A stretch of DNA of 64,000 nucleotides from contig CM060732.1 of assembly GCA_030704615.1 (NCBI GenBank), positions 54,188,001 through 54,252,000 of the forward strand. Direction: 5' to 3'. Every line of letters begins with the position of its first letter. The stretch's first letter is position 1. The translations under genes and the position numbers were made by a program. Shown here piece by piece: positions 58,851 to 64,000 of this stretch. The DNA comes from Takakia lepidozioides (lineage: Eukaryota > Plantae > Bryophyta). The notes under the pieces were generated by a model, which saw only the letters and a program-made list of their open reading frames with translations, was not told the origin of the DNA and did no database searches.

Positions 58851-59557
58851 TTGTGTGGACTAGTGACTGCCATAGTGGGCAGCGTAGTGGCAGCCTAGTG
58901 ACTGACTAGTTGTAGCCTAGTGGTTGGACTAGTGGCTGGACTAGTGGTAGACTAGTGGTATACTAGTGTGTGGTGTGCACATGTGTTGTGTGGTTTTGGA
59001 CAGCGATGTAGTTGTGTAGCGATATGTATGCGCACGACAGCTGTCAAGTTATTTTACCACTAGTGTGAAACTAGCTAGGAAATAGCTAGCTTTTACATAT
59101 TGACATTTGGGATTGGCCCAAGTGTCAATCCAGGGGTCAAGGCAGATTTAGGCCCTGGAGTGGTTATCTTCACGGCAAGCGCGGGAGGCTCATCTTTCTC
59201 GAGTTGAGCCTCACCGCGCCTAGCTATGGCGCCGTAGTGTGGATTCCCCATGGCGTGGGGTGCACTTGGCTTGACTTGTATTTGAGTGATGAGGTTATAT
59301 ATGCATGAGTTTATGCTTCAGCTTTGTGAGCTCGCATGAGCTTGTGCTTGTATTCTTCTTCTTTATCATTGTGTGGACTAGTGACTGCCATAGTGGGCAG
59401 CGTAGTGGCAGCCTAGTGACTGACTAGTTGTAGCCTAGTGGTTGGACTAGTGGCTGGACTAGTGGTAGACTAGTGGTATACTAGTGTGTGGTGTGCACAT
59501 GTGTTGTGTGGTTTTGGACAGCGATGTAGTTGTGTAGCGATATGTATGCGCACGACA
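58851..59557 (+). repeat. 3' repeat block B1-GC-A2-B2
   Basis: B = 189 bp rich in CTAGTG; palindromic B1/A2 junction GACAGCTGTC at 59036-59045. Confidence 0.95.
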
Positions 59558-61168
59558 CCCTGCTAGTGTTTGCTTTGACAATTCTAGGCTGTCATTGTCA
59601 AGGATGTATGCATGATTTGGGTAGAGGCATGGATAGCTGAAGGAGCAGGGATTTCGTGTGGGTCCAGATTCATCCAAGAGGACCAGATTTCAAGCACAAG
59701 ATTACCTGTGATTCCCTGTGGATCAATAGCTACAAGAAACCTGCATGGGTAGATGGTCAATTGGAAGCAGCGGCACAAGTGATAAAATCAGGCACTGCTA
59801 ATGAAGGCATCTTCTTCAACACATTTCACCCTGTTTTTCCCTCTTATCAAGATCGGCCCTAAATTTACATGTTCAATTCTGCAAGTTAGCTGGTTGAGTG
59901 AATCTAGTTTGGAGTGACTTTGACATGATACTGTCAATGTGACAACAGGAAAGTGTCAAAAAATAGGTAACAGAGATGAGGAGAAGTTGTGGAATAAATA
60001 CTTATCTGAGCCCAGTCACTGATGGGTCAACCGGGGCAGAAAGGTGAATGCCTGCTACATTTTAGAGAGTAGCAGACGCAATTCAGCATAGAAACTAGTG
60101 TGCTACGCTGAGTTGGGTGTTTCCTAGAACAAATGTAGGCTGTCATTGTCAGCTGCTAGTAGCAAGGCAAGTGAATGCTTGATTTGTGCAGAGGCATGGA
60201 TAGCTGAAGGAGTAGAGATAGAATGTGGGTGACGCAGGGTGCTGGGCAATGGGCAAGACATCTTTGTATAAACGTGAGTAACCTTCCTATCCTCCTAGCT
60301 CTCATTTTTAGTGCATGTTTCTTTGTGAAGTATCTGACGACTTCGCAAACACACCAACCTTTTTGCTTTGGTTTGTTTACGAGTCCATGGGATAGAAGTT
60401 ACCATAAACAACACTGGCATTGGTTTTTCATATATGGTATTAGATAATTCTCTTAATTGTTTCCGCCTTGGCAGGTTGCTCAGTGAGTCCCACCACGTGA
60501 TGAGTCGCTTTGGAGTATAGCGAGTGAATGTCTCACAATGCAATGTTGGTTGGTGCATCTTATGCAAGAACTTGGAAAACAAACAGATGTCCTTGCTGTA
60601 GTAATTCTTAAAGCCATGCAAGCCTTAGTTTTTGATGGGTTGCAGATTGATGGAATACATGAGTACTTAGAAGATTCTGGGTGAACTCTTTTCAAAGTGT
60701 TATAGTTAGACAATATTATTCATGAGAACATGTGACTATTTTATGTATTTTTAGATCGCGACAAAAATGATAATGATAAATAGATTGGTAAATAGAGATG
60801 GTGTACAATCTCTTGGTTTTGCTAAGCTTGTTGCAGTTATGTCTTGCTGCCTTGTTCTCTTTGTATTATATATTATATTTCATTGTTGTAATAGACATGT
60901 ACATGACTGCTATCAGAGTCATAATAATGACTACATCTATTTTCACTCTCCAATAGTACTACACCACGTGGCAGAAATACATATATGTAAAAAAATAGCA
61001 ATACACCCAAAAAAACACCCATCATGACACATGTCAATCTGTTGAGGGACCATGTGTAAAAACTGCAATGCGCCACATGTTGCAACCGGATTAGCATGCC
61101 CGTAGTCATAGTTCGCAATCATGGAGAGCAAACACTCTGCCATGTGTCATTTCCTGTATCGAGCACGT
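59558..61168 (-). repeat. Inverted duplication copy 2, last segment (corresponds to ~5734-7363)
   Basis: Reverse-complement match, with mirrored ORF peptides. Confidence 0.88.
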
Positions 61169-61444
61169 GCCACTCTTGCACAACTGCTGACATGGACTAC
61201 ACTGTCCGTTCAGTCATTCAGTAAAGCCAGCGTGTATGACTACCCCCACAGCTGCTCAGGCGCCACGTCACAGCCAGCCTGGAGAGTCATATCTGCCATG
61301 TCACAACTGACTAGGCTTTTACGTCTTCAGAGTCAGGAAGTTGTAAATGGCTTCTATAACTGCATTTGCAGTCATAACACAGAGACGTAAAAGCCGCAAT
61401 CTGTTGGATAACAAGCGAGTGAGGGGAGCAGCTAACTTGGCAAA

Positions 61445-62425
61445 CTAAAAAATGAAGCGACGATAGTAAGAACCCAAGCCTAAGAAGGCTTTAACGCATG
61501 TTTTATCCCGAGGGGCTGGATAGTTCCACACAGCTTGGATCTTTGCAGGGTCAGGACTGATGCCAGCAGCAGAAAGCAGATGGCCCAAGAAATGGAGCTG
61601 TTCCATACAAAAATCACACTTCTTGGCTTTAACCTTAAGCCCAGCTGCACGAAGTCTGCACACAACCCGCTGTAAGTCCAACAGATGGGCATCAAACGTT
61701 GTAGAGTAAATGTTGATGTCATCGATGTAAACCAAGGCACATTCCCAACGAAGGTTTCCTAAAACAATATCCATTAGGCGCTGAAATGTGGCAGTGGCAT
61801 TGCAAAGGCCAAAAGGCATGGTTTCAAATTGCAAGAGGCCCATCGTGCAGGTGAAGGCAGTTTTCTCTTTAGCAGCAGCAGTTAAAGGAACTTGCCAAAA
61901 GCCAGAGGCTAAATCTAAGGAAAAGAAGATAGTGGCCCCATTAAGTTGATCGAGCGTTTCATTGATGCGTGGCAAAGGGTAAACATCCCTCTTAGTGATG
62001 GCATTTAAATGCCGAAAATCAACGCAAAAACGGGTGGAGCCATCCTTCTTACCCACCAAGACAATGGGACTAGCCCAAGGGGATATGGAGGGGGTGATTA
62101 TACCAGCATCAAGCATCTTCGTAAGCTCATCCTGAATGACCTTGCGTTCACGGACACTCTCCCTGTAGGCATGTTGTTTGATAGGCTTACCATCCGTGAT
62201 GATGTCATGATCCAGAAGGGTGGTGCGGCCCAAGTCATGAAGCCCTTGACTAAAGATGTCGAGATTGTCACGGAGAAACTGGTGCAGGCGATTAATCTGC
62301 TGGGGAGCAAGGTGATCACCCACCTTGATATCCTGCCTCAGGAAGCGGGCCTTTGTCAGTGGAACCAGAGTGAGAGGCAAAGGCCTGGAGTTAGTCCACA
62401 GGGGAGTCCACCAGCCCAATATCAT
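61445..62425 (-). CDS. pol: Reverse transcriptase (truncated pol)
   Basis: SPWASPIVLVGKKDGSTRFCVDFRHLN, LDLASGFWQ, MPFGLCNA, YIDDI, FLGH. Confidence 0.9.
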   Translation of the reverse strand: MILGWWTPLWTNSRPLPLTLVPLTKARFLRQDIKVGDHLAPQQINRLHQFLRDNLDIFSQGLHDLGRTTLLDHDIITDGKPIKQHAYRESVRERKVIQDELTKMLDAGIITPSISPWASPIVLVGKKDGSTRFCVDFRHLNAITKRDVYPLPRINETLDQLNGATIFFSLDLASGFWQVPLTAAAKEKTAFTCTMGLLQFETMPFGLCNATATFQRLMDIVLGNLRWECALVYIDDINIYSTTFDAHLLDLQRVVCRLRAAGLKVKAKKCDFCMEQLHFLGHLLSAAGISPDPAKIQAVWNYPAPRDKTCVKAFLGLGSYYRRFIF

Positions 62426-63413
62426 GAAGACTGAGACCTTTCTGAACAGAGGTCAGCTCAGACAAAGGAGTAGCAGTGAGTCTAGCAAAGATCTGACCCC
62501 TACGTATATTGATGCTGATGCGTTCAAGATTAGCAAGAAGTAACCTGACCTCACCTTTGAAACCTCGGTCTAAAACCCCAGAAGCAATCAGACAGTGCTT
62601 TTGGAGGGTAAGTTTCTTCCAGCCCTCAATCTCAAGGAAATGACCTACAGGGCAAGCAAAAGCTAGACCTGTAGGTACTATGCGCTGAGAAAAAATAGGG
62701 ATGATGAAGTCAATAGGAGAACGTAGCAAAAGAGAGTTCTTTGCCACGGGCAGTGGAGGTCCAGACTTCTTACCTGGTGGAGGGAAATGCCATTGATACC
62801 AGGTATCACCAAGTGGGTGGAACTGGCTGAACTTGGCCCAATTATAATGCAAACCCACCTGCTCCTTCATCTGCTCAGCTTGAAGCTTGAGACGAGAATA
62901 GTTGGCCATAGAGGTCCCAGTAGCAATGGTAACATGGTTTAGATTCACCTTGTAGGGTTGCCCTTCACCATTGTGAAGACACATAATGTTATTCATGATG
63001 TCTATGCTGGCCTCTGCACCCTTCATCCAATCCAGACCCAGCAAAACTTGCTCACCCATGGTGACAATGCAGGTTAGCAAGACAGTTTTCCCACTAATGC
63101 AGATAGGTAAGGTGACTAACCCAATAGGTTCATAAGCCGTGCCATCAGCTATGGTAACCACAAGACCATGAGCAGAGCCAATCTTTAATCCAAGAATGCA
63201 AACTGTACTAAGTGGAATGGCAGACATGGTACAGCCCGTATCAATAACACATGGAAAGGAAAGGTGGCCTACATGACATTGTGTCATCAACGGGTGGATA
63301 CGGTCCCGACTGAAACGTTTATAGGCTTCACAATGCATGAGTTTGAAATCACGAGAAAGAACAACACTTACCAGCGTGTTGGGGTTCTTACCATGGTCAT
63401 CTGGCACCCTCAC
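62391..63413 (-). CDS. Aspartic protease + degenerate dUTPase-like domain
   Basis: VIDTGCTMSAI...LLGLDWM; then IVPTGLAFACPVG...GVLDRGFKGEVRLLLAN...IRRGQIFARL. Confidence 0.8.
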   Translation of the reverse strand: MRVPDDHGKNPNTLVSVVLSRDFKLMHCEAYKRFSRDRIHPLMTQCHVGHLSFPCVIDTGCTMSAIPLSTVCILGLKIGSAHGLVVTIADGTAYEPIGLVTLPICISGKTVLLTCIVTMGEQVLLGLDWMKGAEASIDIMNNIMCLHNGEGQPYKVNLNHVTIATGTSMANYSRLKLQAEQMKEQVGLHYNWAKFSQFHPLGDTWYQWHFPPPGKKSGPPLPVAKNSLLLRSPIDFIIPIFSQRIVPTGLAFACPVGHFLEIEGWKKLTLQKHCLIASGVLDRGFKGEVRLLLANLERISINIRRGQIFARLTATPLSELTSVQKGLSLHDIGLVDSPVD

Positions 63414-63973
63414 AGACGACCTGGTTCGTTTAAAGTACCCTGCTGTTTCTTATCCCTTTGTAACTGTTCAATCAGGGCAGACAAGTCAGATTGGTAAGGG
63501 CACCACCTGGTGTAATGCTTGATGGACTTGCAAATCATGCAAGCCACCACTGAGGTCCTGGTGTCATGACGCATGCCAGCATAGGCTTTACTTTGAATCC
63601 CGGATCTGGCAGGGACTGCAGGGTTCCAGCCTACCTCAGCCTTGAAGGCTTGCAGTTCTCCCTGGATTTCATTACAAAAGGATGACAATTCATGCACAAT
63701 GGAAGGGACCAGATCTGCTGCAATACCTTTCACCCCAGGGTCCCCATCAGTAGGCTCTACACAGTGACTCTCACTAGCGAGATGAGTGTGTTTTGTGGTG
63801 GCAACTTTAGACAGGCCTGCCTTAGCAGCTTTGAGACGTAATCGTTCTTCAATCAATTCCACCATCTCATCTTCAGTGGTGTAAGACTGTTTTTGCAAAA
63901 ACACTTTATCAGCAGGTGGCAAGCCTTTTACAAAACAATATTTCAAAATAGTAGGTCTCTCTGATGTAATCAA
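63410..63973 (-). CDS. gag: Gag C-terminal part with CCHC zinc knuckle
   Basis: FVKGLP and CMICKSIKHYTRWC (CX2CX4HX4C) upstream of the protease. Confidence 0.75.
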   Translation of the reverse strand: MITSERPTILKYCFVKGLPPADKVFLQKQSYTTEDEMVELIEERLRLKAAKAGLSKVATTKHTHLASESHCVEPTDGDPGVKGIAADLVPSIVHELSSFCNEIQGELQAFKAEVGWNPAVPARSGIQSKAYAGMRHDTRTSVVACMICKSIKHYTRWCPYQSDLSALIEQLQRDKKQQGTLNEPGRL

Positions 63974-64000
63974 AACCGACTTACAAATTGCAGTTTGTAA

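Larger units (their letters stand above)
47910..59557 (+). mobile_element. Full-length DNMT/PHD Ty3/Gypsy retrotransposon copy 3 (11,648 bp), split repeats A1...B1-A2-B2, 4-bp TSD CCCT
   Basis: Starts TGTC, ends GACA; CCCT at 47906-47909 and 59558-59561. The empty site GTTTTCCCTGCTAGTG is visible in the paralog at ~7353-7368 (- strand). A1 47910-48236 and A2 59042-59368 differ by one mismatch seen; B1 58851-59039 equals B2 59369-59557. Confidence 0.96.
61445..64000 (-). mobile_element. 3'-truncated Ty3/Gypsy element: Gag-CCHC, protease, dUTPase-like domain, RT; runs off the window end
   Basis: Three overlapping - strand ORFs in gag-PR-DUT-RT order; pol ends just after GSYYRRFI. Confidence 0.85.

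Noticed and set aside
47910-59557. DIRS/Ngaro tyrosine-recombinase element with an adenine methyltransferase
   Set aside because: No tyrosine recombinase seen; it has an HHCC-DDE integrase, a protease and a TSD, and the MTase has PC/ENV C5 motifs, not DPPY/NPPF.

Overview
Repeat-rich eukaryotic nuclear DNA, most likely a non-seed land plant (inferred from PLS-type PPR relics and plant-type intron-containing genes). Two intact host genes lie head-to-head: a 3-exon glyoxalase/VOC-family gene (-, 12481-13537) and a 15-exon membrane calcineurin-like metallophosphoesterase (+, 14303-21228). The rest is mostly mobile DNA. The main feature is three copies (two subfamilies) of an unusual Ty3/Gypsy retrotransposon at 23239-32531, ~36541-47214 and a near-intact copy at 47910-59557. 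Its polyprotein reads Gag - protease - DNMT3-like C5 cytosine methyltransferase - RT - RNase H - DDE integrase - PHD finger. Its terminal repeats are split as A...B-A-B around a palindromic GACAGCTGTC junction, and the intact copy has a 4-bp TSD. It has no tRNA primer-binding site; instead the sequence at the PBS position is complementary to the element's own A repeat, with compensatory changes between subfamilies. Together this suggests a self-priming element that integrates a circularly permuted 2-LTR circle and encodes its own methylation writer and chromatin reader (mechanism inferred). Also present: a Helitron relic, a second Gypsy element that hosts copy 1, a truncated Gypsy element with a degenerate dUTPase, tRNA-derived SINE-like repeats, and a ~4.6 kb inverted duplication whose second copy was interrupted by two of the DNMT elements. 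All calls are by eye from motifs; no searches were run.
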